A stretch of DNA of 64,000 bases. Origin: Phoronis australis (taxonomy: Eukaryota; Animalia; Phoronida). Within the stretch, counting starts at the first letter, position 1. Each line of letters begins with the position of its first letter. Under the pieces are notes generated by a model, which saw only the letters and a program-made list of their open reading frames with translations, was not told the DNA's origin and did not search any database. A program made the position numbers and the translations under genes. Location of the stretch: assembly GCA_002633005.1 (NCBI GenBank), contig NMRA01000054.1, positions 941,038 to 1,005,037 of the forward strand, in the 5' to 3' direction. Positions 11,938-26,310 of the stretch are shown in pieces.

Positions 11938-14740
11938 TTCTGTAACTTTTTTGTACATAACACAATAAGTTACAAGACCAATAGAATTTGTGCATTCACA
12001 CTCACGTGTCACCACTATCGTCGTTTTCTAAAAGGTTTGTGAGAGTAGTGCATGAGTTTCATTGCCAAAAAATTTCATTCAAGTCACGGGATTCCTTGAA
12101 CATGTTTTCTGTGAAGTGAAGAAGTAAGGCATTCGGACAGTCGAGGGCTTCTGTAGGATACTTTTTATGTGCACCATGAGTCCTGTAGGGTGCGTGGCCC
12201 GCTGTTTGGCATTTACCTAGATTTTCTTGCCTGTGCGGGGCTCTTGCGTGGCCGCGAACTTAATTCTTCTGACGCACACGCCATTGTCTTCTCTTCGATA
12301 AGTATTCCCACCTCTCGGGCCACCTTTTCCGTCTCGCGGACATATTTATTTGTTCGCGGACCGGGACCAACTCTGTTCCCGCACAGTATTTCTTGCCCAC
12401 TGTGCCACTTCACCGCTCACGTGCTCTTTTTAGCTAAATTAATTACATTGTGTTGTGACTTTATTTTTTTATTTTGTGCATTTACTTATTTATTATGGTG
12501 GCATGCTTTTAACTGTGTAACCCACCTTTGCACATTGCCATGGCACTTGTGATGCATGTATCTACATATGCACACTACATGTATACGTACATACATGCAC
12601 GCATGCATGCATGCATACAACAAATAAATCATTTGAAAAACGAAAAATCATATAAAAATAGTGGTTCTCTCATTACTCCACTCATTCAGTTTATTTAATT
12701 TCATAGGAAAATAGTTGACACTTAATCAATACTTGTATTCACGGCTTCATGACATTCGAGGACAACCACTTTCAGGCTCACTGGGCACATAATCGTTTCC
12801 AGGGCAACCTACATTGTCAATATATGAACATATAAGCTGCCTTTTGCCCTGTGCACCAAATAAAAAAAAAGAAATCAAATATGGCATTTACTCTCATGAA
12901 ACCAGCTCAATATCCCTTATCGTGATGGGATTCCTGTTGCAACACAAGAACACTGAATTCATTAGTGAATCAAGAAGACGTTTCAGATTTTATTGCGGTT
13001 ATCCAATCCTAAAATTGCGAATTCGAAAATGCCACATAAATGCATTACCTGCGTTGTTGTTGGTGACAGAAATAGAATTCTGGTCACGGTAAGGGATATT
13101 ATGAGACCGATTTTATGAGTGTAAAAGATCAGCTACTAAACTGAGCAAAGTGCAGTTTTGAAACAGGAATAACTGAAAATTGGCGGGAATTTTCTTGCAA
13201 GTAGAAATGCAAAACTTGGTTCGAGGAGGAATATTCGCCATGAGAAGGTATTAGCGTGTAAGGAGGTCCAAGCCGCGGCAAGTCTATGTGCATTGAGAGA
13301 GCGTTTGCGTGGAATGTTTTTTTCAAGTAATATTAAAAAGTATTAGGGTAGGACTGCAATATCAGAAACACAGCTCTTTTCTTGCAACCTCGTTGCGGTT
13401 CTTTCTTCATAAGTCGTAATTATGCTCTTCCGAAGGCAATTGTTTTCTAGTGAGTTGCATTGTCAAGTCTACCAGGAGTCCTGAGTTGAACGTGCTCTGC
13501 ACAATGTGTCAAAACTCAGAACTGTATGTAGATCTACTACACTGAGAACATAGAATATGACATTTTTATACGTAAGAACAGACCTGCGGATCTTGTGAAA
13601 GGAATTGCATTTACCGGAAAAGAGAACACTGTTATTGTGAATGCCCTCGTGGTTCATCAGAGAATGTCTATACTGAATATTATGCTAGTGCCACTGTACG
13701 TTTCACATCACCTGATTCAGTCTCAACTATCCAGCAAACGTGTTTTTTCACTTACATGTACAAAATATTGATATACATATAGATTAACATTCATATAACT
13801 AGTCATATCCTATTAAGCAGCTAAGCGTCTATTGTTAATGGATGACGGATTTTGACAAACGGTGGAAAAAAATCAATTAAACCGTGGTTGACAACGATTT
13901 TTCCATCCACCGACTAAGCTCCGTTTGGAATGTAATCTCACGGCATTAAACCTGTGGTTACTGTTAGAGCACCAAGTTTTGATTTAGACCTCTTCAGTAC
14001 CGTTATAAAATTGGTCTCAGCTTGTGCCGGAACTAGATTAGAGGGGATTTATGGTCTTAGGGAGATCTGGCAGATCGTAATTTCTTCATAAAATTTCAGG
14101 TCACATCGTGACCTGGAGTTTTATGAACTTGGTCTGAACAAATAACGAACTGTCAGTTCCTCCCAACTCTTGAGATCACTTTTAAGCTGAGTGAGGAACA
14201 AGTCTAATGGTATAACGGTAGGTGACCTGATAAAAACCCGCTTTTTGACAGAGTGCATGGGTTTAATGCAAATTCTGTTATATCTATTGTCATTGTCAAA
14301 ACTACTAAGCCTGTTGAACCACAACATTTTTTCAATAACCAAATGTTTTGCGAATGCGGGGCTGTGTTTGAAAGTCAGTGAACTGAGTTTAGAGGTTTGT
14401 GAGTCGTGTGCATGAGTGCGAAGCTACGTAATTTCCTAGTGCTTGAGCCATGTTGTTCGGGTAGCCTGAAAACGGCCGATAGCAGTAGATTTGAACATTC
14501 GTCGGTACCCGCGGAAAAAGTTTTGTTTCTGCCGAGGGCCTACCTGAGTACATTGAAAAGGCCTCTAGTGTGAGCAAGTAGCTGAGGTTTCTCGCGGTGA
14601 TCTTGATGAAAGTAAAAAGCAAAGTAAGAAGATTAGCTCCGTTCATTACATATGACAATTTGTGGCTTCAGTGTGGTAAGAGTGACGATTTTATTGTAGG
14701 AACTAAATTTACACGTGCTACCGTTCAAGATAGGTTTTAA

Positions 14741-15510
14741 AGCGGCCTTGCCACGAATTATCGACTTGTCTGTGTATTTTAGTAGCCAAATATGTACAAA
14801 ACTATAGATTTTAACTCCGTAAAAGCAGATATTTTCTGAAAGTGGAAAGTCTGTAGAATTTGATTTTTGACTTTTATCAATGTGCCATTATTTGAGTCAT
14901 GTGACCTCGGATTTTAAGTAACATTTGGCAACTGAGAAAGGTACCGCTGATAGCAAAACTACGATATTAATAAGACCAAATTTCATTTAACACAATTGTT
15001 CAACATGAAACTTTAAAAGCACATTTACAATTTTCTAATTTATCACTTCGTTTTCGTTTCATGCAATCTTTTTCAAGAAAATCATAAATTTAAAGTCTCA
15101 TACTTGACAGCCACTCATGTAAAAGTGGAACTCCGAGTATTAAAACAATTCTCAATACCTTTTGGCGAAGATTGCATAAAACATAGTGTCTGAAAGTTTC
15201 ATATGAACCTGATAAGCTGAGCTATCTCTGAAAAACAAAATTAAAGAAATTTGGACATTTTTCTGGGGTCCTACAGAACTTCAACTTTTTGCGTATATTG
15301 GCGGCCACTTTGCTTAATCGCGTTTTTTCTTTTGAAAAAAGGTAATAAATTTCTGATTTTTGAAATATGTAGTTGCCCAAAGGTTTAGTAGCGCAATACA
15401 TTCGTTAGCGTCGTTCAGCCTCCAGGGCTGGGTAGCATAAAGTTTCTGCTGAAAAGGTTGGCCGACTTCAAGTGCATATTTCAACAAAAGAACGTCTCGC
15501 GTGGTAATAC
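14741..15510 (+). mobile_element. Non-autonomous DNA transposon, possibly Kolobok-type; dispersed family with three copies in the window
   Basis: Starts after TTAA with AG. The block tagccaaatatgtacaaaactatagattttaactc...ctgaaagtggaaagtctgtagaatttgatttt recurs at about 63275-63360(+) and inverted at about 59770-59870. Right end approximate. Confidence 0.55.
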
Positions 15511-15825
15511 GATGTCATTGTTGGTACCAAGCCTATACATTTGATGTAACCGTTCCTGATTAATGAAAAAATCGGTTAATGTCAGAGGATGAGATAAATT
15601 CAGTAGATGTATTTATAATAATTGCGCGTGCAACATAAAGGTTGGGTAGCTTAAGCTTGCACAAATAGAATTGTTTTGATGCTATTACCTTGAATAAAAG
15701 ACATTTTCACATAATTATAAAAAATAATTGCAGGCGGTCTGGTACACCTTGTACCAGACATGCATGTAGGCCCATTGCACTGATCACCTGGAACCATTTT
15801 TATGCTTTATTAATATATAATTAAA

Positions 15826-15941
15826 ACCTAGCTGAGGAGCTAGAGACCTGACTCAAGGGCCCTAGCAGTGAGTCCCAGTGGGAATCGAACCCGTGACCCT
15901 GAGCAAAGGAAGCAGCCACTTATTTCACTGGACCACGCTTT
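15826..15941 (-). mobile_element. tRNA-derived SINE
   Basis: The minus strand reads agcgtggtccagtg (A-box-like)...gggttcgattccc (B-box), then gggcccttgagtcaggtctctagctcctcagct. The same body occurs at 26195-26310. Confidence 0.7.
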
Positions 15942-17072
15942 TCCCCACGTCTTGAATACAATGTTCGTTGATGGTTATAGGCCTTGGAGGTACTTCCTTA
16001 GCGAAGTATACGGCCGAAGTGCCGCTTAGATGGTGACTGTTTCACGACCAGCTTTTCACTACCAGTTTACCTATGAAAGGGTACTTTTTTTAAGAATTAC
16101 CTACGAAAAGGTGATTTTTACAGTAACTTTAGAAGTTCGAAACCCTACAAAGGTTTCTTTTCCAACCACAAAGATCAACAAAAAGTTTTATTTAAAGTTA
16201 TCTTCTCGTGCTGGCGAATGGATTGCAAACACATTTCTCCACTAAGTAAGGGAAATCAAACTGGTTCGAAAAGGACTGCCAGAGCCACTGGTCTACAACC
16301 ACCGCTACTATTTCTAAAAATCTTCCTTTATGGAATTAACTCCTACCGAGGGCGATATTTGTAGATATAGTGGGGCGTAGACGCACGTAAACGCAGTACT
16401 CCATATTTTTCCTTTTTCAACGTTGGGTTACCTTCTCGACAAGGCACGACGCGTTTCGTCATACAACTAGGAAAAGGTAGACAAAGTTGACATACGGTGT
16501 TTACGAAACCTTTTGTAATCATTATGTCTGTGTATTCAGTACTTTACCTCCTGCGTCTTCTACTTGAACAAAAACTGAGTGTACTCTTGGTGTTCATTAA
16601 TATCGCAGAAAATATGAATTATGATATATACAAAAAATATCTGGGTGCCAAATTAAATGTGTCACATAGTTTCTGTTCAATGGTACATTCAAAAATCAGT
16701 AACGCACGTGATACTATTCAAGTTATGAATGTACATGTAGTGTTGAGAAACGTAATTTGTGCTACCCTGTCAGTGAGGTATCCGTGTTTCGGTTGAAAGA
16801 ATGAATGTTACTGTACAGTTGAAAACGATTTCTTGTTAGTTTTTGCAAATTCTAATGAACTAGCATAGGTTCGATGACATTTGCAATTTGCAGGACATTT
16901 ATCAGTGTTAGCACATCGCCTCTAGTTAAATTCAATGTCGTATACAAAAATTCAAACAGTGAAAGCAAAAAAATATTAATTTTAGTTCACCGTTATTTGT
17001 TATTGGAGAAGAAAGGCACGTGCGTTCTTGAAGCTTATTTGATTGTTCTTGCGGCTAAAATCAGTTTGAACC

Positions 17073-17245
17073 ACGGCGCAGATGGAGAGCTACAAGCTGA
17101 GCTGCCTGCTTCAAGTTGACGGTATATCTGAGCTGAGAGGTGACGTCAATAAGATTTTTTTTCGTCTTGGCGTGAACTGTCGGCTCAGCTATCATTCATT
17201 TGATGCAGACAGCTCAGCTTGTATGCGTCACCGTCTGCGGCGGCA
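17073..17245. repeat. Imperfect inverted-repeat element, dispersed family
   Basis: tacaagctgagctgcctgcttcaagttga (about 17091) pairs with tcatttgatgcagacagctcagcttgta (about 17196). A related sequence lies at about 6698-6765. Confidence 0.5.
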
Positions 17246-18088
17246 CTGAGGCTGAGTGCACGCATGGAGCTACGAACTCAGATAGCATTTTCACGCCTTG
17301 GCGTGTGCTATGAGCTCAATTAACTTGAAGTCGACGTAGGCAGCTGAGTTTGGTGCATTTAAAATTTTGCTCTGATACGCTTGCCCTCCAGTGTACATAC
17401 ATTTAAACTTAGCACTACATCGCAGGTAGTGTTTCTCCAACAGATATCTTTTCACTCAGTCATGGAGGCTCTCTACACTGAAATGGATCTCTTTTTTGAA
17501 TCAACTTTCTAAACGGAGATTATCCCAAGTTTCCTGCTGCGCCTCATATCAACGGCTGCATGTCTCACACCCTCAGACAGGCTCTTATGCGTTATTGTAG
17601 AAGTGGTAGGAAACCGAACATTCGATGGTTGAGGGGTTGGAGTTGGTAAGCATTTAAAACTTCAAACCGACGATGTCTCAGTGTTTTGTGTAGGATTGCA
17701 TGAGGGGTTGGGGACTTTCCCAATAAGGTAACCACCGAAAACAGGAGATGTCCACTTCACCAGACTTATGAATATGCTAGGTCCGTTTGAAACTGTCCCA
17801 GTCTCTATAACCTGCCGTTCATACAAAAGTGTGACAATCAGGGAGTTTAAAATACACAGCCAATCTTGGTAGGAGAGAATGTGACTTCAAAAGACCCATT
17901 TGATGATCATTTGATACACAGAATCTCTAAAATAAACAAAATGAACTTTTAAGAGGCTGTAGTACTATCATTTACGAACAGCTGTTCCAGACACTGTCTG
18001 TTAATGTTTGTATTTGAGGAGGGGTGTTCGTTCCTTCCCCAGACTATGGAGTTGGTGCAGGGTTCTTGATAACTTTGGTACAACTGAT

Positions 18089-18175
18089 CAGTGACGGATT
18101 TAGGGGGGGGGGCNATACTGCCCTGCTCCCCCCCCCCTTCCCTCCCCTCAACTCGAAATCCTGGATCCGCCCTTG
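18089..18175. mobile_element. Short MITE related to the 3850/4363 family
   Basis: Termini cagtgacggatttagggggg and aaatcctggatccgcccttg. Degenerate flanks ctgat / ctaag. Confidence 0.6.
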
Positions 18176-19381
18176 CTAAGGACATACACGTGTGATGTAA
18201 CTGTCATTGATTTTATCTTATCCTTCAATTTTATCCTCCCTCGTCTTTAAGTTCCGAACACAGGCCCTTTAATCTATCTACTTCTTGTATCCACTACTAG
18301 CCGGACCGACACTCACTGTACGTAGTAGGCCTACATATGGTTATAACTCATTGGGAAATTCGTGTGCCTGTGCATCCGAAGATGACGAATTCGTAGGTTT
18401 TTCACAATTTCATTGCTCTCGAATGAACTTTGACAACGCTAATTTTTTATTAAATTGTCAAAATTTTGTAGAAGCAAAGAAAACGACAAAAATTTGTTTA
18501 AATTTGCAATGTTATGGCAGATCGAATTCATGTGTAACTTGCACTTTATCCATTGTTCTTCAAAACGTTACTAGTTTATAATTTCAAAATTTCCACTTTT
18601 GCAAGAGGGTTCACCACAAAGTAAAAAGACGTAAAACGAAATTTTTAGATAACTGTGTCATCGTTTTCAGTTTAGATTTCATCTTAACAGAAGTGCAGTT
18701 TGGCCAAACATGGATATTGTTGTTTTAAAATAAATGCACCTTCCTTTTTAGCACCATTGACTAAAAACTACATCGTTACGAGATGCAATTAGTGACAGAT
18801 TGGTTATAAAGTTGAAATGATCAGAGGCTGCAAGTTTATCAACAGAAAGTATACACTAGGGCCTACTCAGCAGAGTATTTTTAAAACATTTCTTTTTAGT
18901 TTTGGAGATATTTGGTTTAATGCACACTTGTCGGCCTAAAATACTGACCTTTAACTTAAAAGAAGATTGCGGATGGTCAAAACTTGTTATTAAATGTAGT
19001 ACAACAAAACTTTACGTACGCTACTTATTTGTTAATTTCAAAAAAGTTGGGGCCGGAGGGCGTTAATACCGGCCGTCTCCCTTCTCCGCTCCATGCTTTC
19101 TAAGCATGGGCGGCGCAGCACTGAACTTCAGTTGAAAAAGTGTTAGGCATGATAGCCCCACCAGGCTGAGCCCCGACCCTCTGATGATTTGCCCTCCCAC
19201 GCTAAGACTATGTTCTTCTACACCGGGGAAGCATCAGTCGAACTTTGACAATCCTATGAAGGAAATTAGGTTGTAGACAGGTGTGTATTTTTCAAAATAA
19301 TTTCACAGTGGTATGACGACAAACCAAAAACTCTCGGGGCCAGCAAGGCCTCGGCCTTCGAGCAGACACACAGGACAAGAT

Positions 19382-19394
19382 TGCCATCTAGAGG
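19382..19394 (-). promoter_or_regulatory. CTCF-like motif next to the putative STK33 promoter
   Basis: The minus strand reads CCTCTAGATGGCA, close to the CTCF core CCASYAGRKGGCR, in a locally CpG-richer stretch about 200 bp before a strong donor site. Confidence 0.35.
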
Positions 19395-19399
19395 TCATT

Positions 19400-19594
19400 T
19401 CTTGTACTAAATTTGTCTCCCCTCGTTCATCGACTGCGCATCACTGTTGCGCACATTCGTGAAGTGTACATTGGAGTTCCTTTTTATTGGAATTTCTGAC
19501 ATCGATGTTTATAATATTTGTTTGAAACTTGTTTTGTGCTCGCCACGTCAACACATGGACTGGTTTCGATCACTGTGACACCCATGTCGTTCAG
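19400..19594 (+). other. Putative non-coding first exon of STK33 (start approximate)
   Basis: Perfect donor CAG|GTAAGT at 19594/19595. CpG-richer context, with T-rich intron-like sequence downstream. Linkage to the acceptor at 29186 is inferred. Confidence 0.45.
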
Positions 19595-22500
19595 GTAAGT
19601 ATAAGATCGATGATTGCATTTCGCTACTTAATGAGTTAGCAGTGATCGGCGATTGGAAACTGCCTGGCAACATGTAAATTGTCGTTCTTGGCTTTGGCTC
19701 ACAACTCAGTCACACAGTGTCTTGAGTACGAGAGTCTTGAGACAAGGCCTGCTAAAAACACATCATTAAAGATGTCATAAATGTACAACATCACTTAAGC
19801 ACTCGATTACCCAGTCAGGGAAACGCTTCTTGTGAAGTGCATGTAATGAGGCTAATAATTATTTAACATTAGTAAATAAAAGTTAAAACATTCAAAATAA
19901 GAGAGTCAGTTCAAATGAGTCTGTTCTGTATTTAGTTTATCATCCTGGGTTTGTCCTTGTTATTTCTGTTATGAAGTCATTGATGGATTTTTGTCATTTT
20001 TAAGTGGAAGTGGGCTCTGCTAAGAAGTTAGTTGCTCTGCCAACCCTGTCCTCTGGGCCTCTGGGGCATGGTCCTCATGGGCAATTTGCCAACTGATGGT
20101 TAATGCCGGGAGCTGATGACAATTTTTTAGTGAAAATATACATAAAACCAGAGAGCCCAGCAATAAATTTTGTCCTTTTCGATGTTCTAATTTATGGTTA
20201 CATTTAGTTTAAATTTAATCTTGTTATCTATTTACCAGTGCTGTTTAATTGACAATTACACAGCTCGTATTGTCAGGGCCCTGTGCAAAGCAAGGCATAA
20301 AAGTTTAAATAATTCATTTCCATATCACTACAATCAGGATTATTATTTCTAGAACAATAAAAAACAGTTTTGAAGTTTTGGTTTAAGTATTAATGTACTC
20401 GTAATCGCCCAGGCCGCTTACAATCAGGGGTTGCGAGTTACGTCAATCATGGGTGCTAAAAAATTAATTTTTTTAGTAGTTGGGGGTGGGCACTTACTAA
20501 ATGGTCAATTAGGTTAACACCCATTGGCACTGGACTTCATGTATAAAGTCAAATGAAACTTTGAAATATTGTAGACAATGTACTAAGGGGCTTACCAATC
20601 TAGAATGAAGTAATCACATGCAAAATTAATAGTTCAGCTGTATGACCTAGCTTGTAACACTGTATATCTTTTTGATGTTATCAGTGAGCTGGCTACATGC
20701 TATGTATGGGTCGAAAGAATCATTTCATTTCTCCTTCAGTGAAAATCAAAACTGGGTTGAATATTCTTTCGTAGCGCGCGACATCATGAAAATTGAAAAA
20801 CTGTCATTTGCGACTTGGCCAAACTCCCAGGTTGCACTCCTAGAATTCAGGCTGCACAAACAGATTCTGGCTCTCAAAAGTTTAGGCAGAGTTGTCAGGG
20901 GTTTCTTATGTGTTATTGACTTGCTGACTTTAAGTTGACTGATTCTATCAATGAATTTTTAAAATAATGGGTTTCACACCAGTTGGCTCTATTTTTACCC
21001 ATTGGGAGAGAAATGTAAAAATCTTAACTCGCATGAGTTGAAATTCCCAGGTCGTACACGTGCGACTAATGAACAAAATCTTAGCTATCATTTCCAAAGT
21101 TTGTGTCGCAAATGTGATCTGCAGCTTGTAATGTCAAGCTCTGCATCAAGACTTATCCACTGCATAAGTTTGATTGTTGCATGACATCAAGTACATTGTC
21201 CAACAATATTAATATGTGATTCATGTAAAGTTTTTGCACCCAGACCCAGGAGATAATGGGTATTCCCACCCAAGTAGGTCTGACTCACTGGCTCATGGAC
21301 AAGTGAAGTTGGGAGCTAAAATTCAGATGTGACGAGTAGTCACACAGACACTAAATCGTGGCATATTTAGAGTGCATTTTCGTAAACTTAGAATGGGCAT
21401 CAAGGCAGATGTGTATGGTAGTGAATTTTGCTGGATGTTGGTAAAGTTTGCCGTTTTCATGTTGAAAATGAAATATTTATTGAGTTTCAATCGCATATTG
21501 GTCTAGTTTATCTCAAGACTCTTAACACCTGACTGAAACCTTTGAGACTTCATGCTTATTTTGCCAAGATTGCCAAACACAAGTATAGTTGGTGGTCAGT
21601 AATTCGAATCATAGGGGTTTTGATTCAGGTTATTTATTGTAGTGTCAGTTTGTTGTTTGTAATTTGTAGAAATTCACAGTTGCATGTTGTGAGACTTGAG
21701 CAGCATACGCTTTTATTGTGACTTAGCGGATTCTACTAGTGCTAGTGCTTAGCGAATCCCTTAAAAACCATACTTTGCTGAAGAAGGAATAAAATAAACA
21801 AATTTGAGATTGTCAGTTATGAGAAAATTGAATACCATAACATCTCACTAATTTGGAATCACAAGATGGCGGACTAGTGATATTTCATTTTTTTGTACCC
21901 CCATGAGAGATATGTAGCAACAAAGTAACGCTTTTACATACCTTCAAAGTGTACCATAGCTACCACCAGACAATATTTTGAACTATTGCAGAGATTCACA
22001 ACAATGATAGAAACCTTTGAAAAATAAAAGATGGCTATTTTGGTAATTATTTTTGTCCGAAATTGGTGAGATTTTACCGTAGTTTGGATTAAAAGTTGTT
22101 CTTTAATAAGGCGGTTGTGAGGTGCAGTATTTGGGCGTGGAAATTGGTGCAGTTTGTTTTGGTAATTTAAAGTACTTGAAACATTAACATGATTTAGTAG
22201 TCTCTGTTTGACAACTGTATAAAATATTTCATGTGTTGTTTTGGACTCCTACGTCATTCCTGAAGTTTATTACAGTACAAGCTTGTAACATTTGAAACTT
22301 AGTTAAGTTAGGAAGAAATGAGACAGATTAAGTTTTGAGTACTTTTCTTGTGTTACACAATTGTATCAGCTTATGGCCCATTGAATGTCCTAATGCTAGC
22401 TTTGTAGTGGGTTAATAAATTATCCCTTTGAAATACAGGGAAATTCTTTAGTTGAATGACTGCTCCAGTTCAAAATTCATTAGGCTAGGCTTGAATGGTT

Positions 22501-22693
22501 CTGTTTGGAACCTATTATGTCAGAATGTGTGTTCAAACAATGGAGAAAACCTTTTCTATTTAATTCTACTATATACTTGTGTGTGACTCTGAGTTCACCC
22601 ATTACAAATTGTGAATGGTTCAAGAAGTATTTTTCACATATGCTTAGATTGCTATCACTGAATTAGTTGGTGAAGTGATATTTTTAGGTTGGC

Positions 22694-23008
22694 CAGAGAT
22701 ATTCCTGGACTGCGCCTTTGCTTCTTTAATGCGTAGAGAATAAAATGACGCAAGTACAGTGCAGCAGTGTGTCCCCAAGGCCACATCTTTTAAATGCAAC
22801 ACTCTTCCAAAAATTCAACTAAGATTCTAGTCAAGTAACAGCTAGCCGGGTAATACATGACTCTGTTCTTCCATTGGGATTTCTGTTTCACATGTTACCA
22901 TTTTAATTACAAAAGTCTGCTGGGCACAACTTTTTGAAAAAGGGCACACTTTTTATCATCACGTGCGCCCAAAGAGCACAGGCTCAAACCTGATCAGGAA
23001 TATCCCTG
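22694..23008. mobile_element. MITE, about 315 bp
   Basis: TIRs cagagatattcctg / caggaatatccctg. Confidence 0.55.
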
Positions 23009-26000
23009 AATGGCAATTAGCTTGTACATGTATACATGTATGCACACGCACATACATACATGGCCCCTGATGTCTCGATTTTTAAGCTGAATATTGGCTC
23101 TATTCCCCTCAGAGTAATCTTTTAAAGTGAGGTAAAATTACCCTCCTCATGCCAAAAAATCCCTTTGAAGTTTGAATCATTCATAACTCACATAGTCAAG
23201 GACTTGAAACAGCTCTTGAAAACATTTGTTTTGGATATTTGAGTGAATGCGGAGTGGCAGCAGGGGGGGGTAAGGGGGGTGATTTTGGTGGTGACCCTCA
23301 CCCAAAAATTATGATCTTAGAAGGCGGCACAAGCACCTTTCCTCTCAGTGAATGAGGTCCTTGCCTTGTGTATTTTTTAAGACTTAAACAGCTACCCGTC
23401 AAAAATGCCAAGCTCAGACATCAGACTGACCTCTCTGTGAGCCTGGTGTTACCTGCTTGACTGTTTTCAATTTATTTTTCTGGATCTCCATAGCTTTAAT
23501 CTCAACTGGAAAGCCTCTACTGAATTCTTCCCGTCGTCTATACACAAAGGTTAGTTGATAGTTGCTACGAAAATCTGGCACTGTAGTGTGGTGTTTGTTC
23601 AGGTATATATTGCCCTGATAACTTCTGCATTAGGGAATTAATTAAAAGGAATAATCCTCAGGATCCTGATGACAAGCTGTTAATTGTTTATGAGCTCAAT
23701 AAATTATTTTAAATGTTGTTCATGACCTGCCATTATGAAGCACTTGTCTACTGGAAATTGGATATCTTTGTGTTTTTACCGCCTCTGAGCTTGGAAAGAG
23801 TTTGCGTTTTACCTTTTGTTTATTTCTTTATTTTTTTTCTGTTGCCCATCTAACATAAAAGGATTTGGGTGTATTCTTGTGCTGCATCATAAAGAAGACT
23901 AAACCAGGGAAAATATTGTAGATTTGGTGATATGTGACATCGTCTTTTAGTCACTAAAGTCGTGTAATTATGAGGTGGTCACTGATACCATAACACTCTC
24001 ATCACCATGGTTGGAAATTAGTGTGAGATGGAGCTGCTATTTCAACATTCAGCTTGTGAACACTGAATCAATTCTTGAATTTGAATTTTGGGGAGTTATA
24101 ATGCATTAGGAGAGTTGTATGCTCTTTGAGTTGCCATTTTGTTGTACACATGCATATATTTCATTTTGAGCCGCATCTCTGAATGATCATGAACACTAAA
24201 TGGATAAATAGATTATACATCAGTTACCGGAGATATTCTTCTGCTACAAGTTCAATTATAATAATTGATTATCAATTTGATACTCTCAGGGAACGATTTG
24301 CCTTGAAATTCTTAATGTGATTGATAAGATTAGATTTTCAATGAAGGCAAATGGTCACTTGTGAGGCTTTTCACCTTGTGGTTTGGCTCTGTTTGTTTAT
24401 GCTGACCACACATGATTGGCGGCTATTTTAGACACTGCTACATGGAGAATTCCCTGAAATGTTTAAAATATCTGACGGGACAGGTTTCTGAATATGCAGT
24501 CTCACAGCTGATGCAACACATTTCTCAATATTCATTCTTGCAGCTGATGTGATTCGCTTCTGAGTTATGCAACATGTTTCTGAATGTTCAGTTTTACTGC
24601 TAATCAGTGTCATCCGATTGAGACGTTTTATGACTTCTGATGAAAAACCTGAAAAAGCTAACAGTTTCACTAGTAAAAAAATGGTTACGGTTTAGCCAGA
24701 CCGCTTTTAAATAAAATTTGATGTTAAAACAGCTCACTCTCAGCAAGAAAATGATTAATGGGACAATAAACATAACAGGCCTTTTACCCCTGCTTGAATG
24801 CCAACAGTTTTGGGATAACTCAAACTGCTTGCAATGCACCAGCAAAATGCCACTTGTAACCGTTCACGTAACTTATTTGTGAATGGGATTTAAGACCCTC
24901 AGGTCTTCAATTGCTTCTTCTGTGCGATGTGTCGATTAGCTTTATTAATAGTTGTTCTGCCTTTGACAGACTTAATGAGCTAGTTTTGAATTGTTCAAGT
25001 TCATTTGCTTTTTCATGGCCATTGCTTTCCACATGTCCGTTTTAGGGCTGTAGCATCGTTTTTTGTCTAGCGACTCAACACTCAAGCCAAATTAGAACAT
25101 GAGCTAAACAGTGCTTTTGTACTCGCTCCATGTATGCAAGTCAAAATTACATTGCCAACCTTTGAATGTTCTGGTAATGCTGCCCTGTGTTTGTCCTTAA
25201 TTGTGTCCCGTGTGGAGTTCTATTCACATCTTAAGAAAGAGTAGGTAATGGTGTGTTGAAAATAAAAACACGAACTGTTTACAAAGGCTTGGTAGACCAG
25301 TTTCTATTATGGAGATCACTTGTTTTCACCTGGTATTCAAAGTTCGTTCACTAACATTTGGTAACCCAATTACCATGGGGAAATCTTTGTTCCCTGTTCA
25401 CTGGAACAAAGCTGGTAACATTTGCTAAAACTCAATGCGTACAACCGGTGTCACAGGTTTCACATGCACCGGTTGGTGTTAAATTTCTTATTGCCCTACA
25501 GATTTTAAGTGTCAGGATATTTTTCAAATAATCTCAAGTCAAAAGCAGCAACTCATAGTGCAAGAGGTTGACGTTCAGTATCATGCATGTGCAGGTTGCG
25601 CAGCCGGGCCCATGGCACTAAACACCTGAACAATATACACATGTAACACTGATAGGGCCCTTTCATACTAACTTGACTCAGGTATGACCAGAGCCTCGAC
25701 GTAAACTGCGAAGTTAATTGATAGAATCGTTCATACCAGCTTTTGAAGTTAATGGAATCGAAGTAAATGGTAGGTGGCGCTGTCACCATCTAAGTAATCG
25801 CAAGGTAGTACTGGTGCATCCCTTGCATGCTAAGATTTTTTTAATGTGACAGTTTGAGAACAATTACGTGACTGCTAATTGACATAACACTTATTTCTAA
25901 TTAGATTGATGATTATTCGAGCAAAATATAAACAACTGTTAGCGACAACACTGCCCTTAAATTGTTGACAGTAACAGTGGCTCCTGGTGATAACTTCGAT

Positions 26001-26155
26001 GAGACCGAAGCACCGCAGCATTGATGCTGCACTGTTGAATCCACCTGTTTACTGTGAAGTTAACTGGCGCTGTTAATTTTGATTCAGAACCGAAGTTAAC
26101 CGTTCTTACTGACCGCAACTCCCCAAAACGTCATCGCGTCGACGTTATTATGCCA

Positions 26156-26310
26156 GCACACACACGCACACACACACACAAACATTAAGAATAAGCTGAT
26201 GAGCTAAAGACCTGACTCAAGGGTCTAGCAATGAGTGGGATCCAGTGGGATTTGAACCAAATGTTTTGGGAACAGTAGGTGGACACTCAACCCACCAGGC
26301 CACGCTGCCT
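26156..26310 (-). mobile_element. tRNA-derived SINE with CA-rich tail
   Basis: agctgatgagctaaagacctgactcaagggtctagcaatgagt...cagtgggatttgaacc...gccacgct matches 15826-15941. (CA)n at 26156-26181 lies at its 3' end. Confidence 0.65.

Noticed and set aside
12130-12630. GC-richer 127-aa ORF followed by TACA/TGCA microsatellite and AATAAA
   Set aside because: It resembles a decayed LINE 3' end, but no diagnostic motif is readable. Not called as a gene or a defined element.
15826-15941. tRNA gene candidate (B-box GGTTCGATTCC)
   Set aside because: No complete cloverleaf, and it shares a non-tRNA body with 26195-26310, so it is a SINE.
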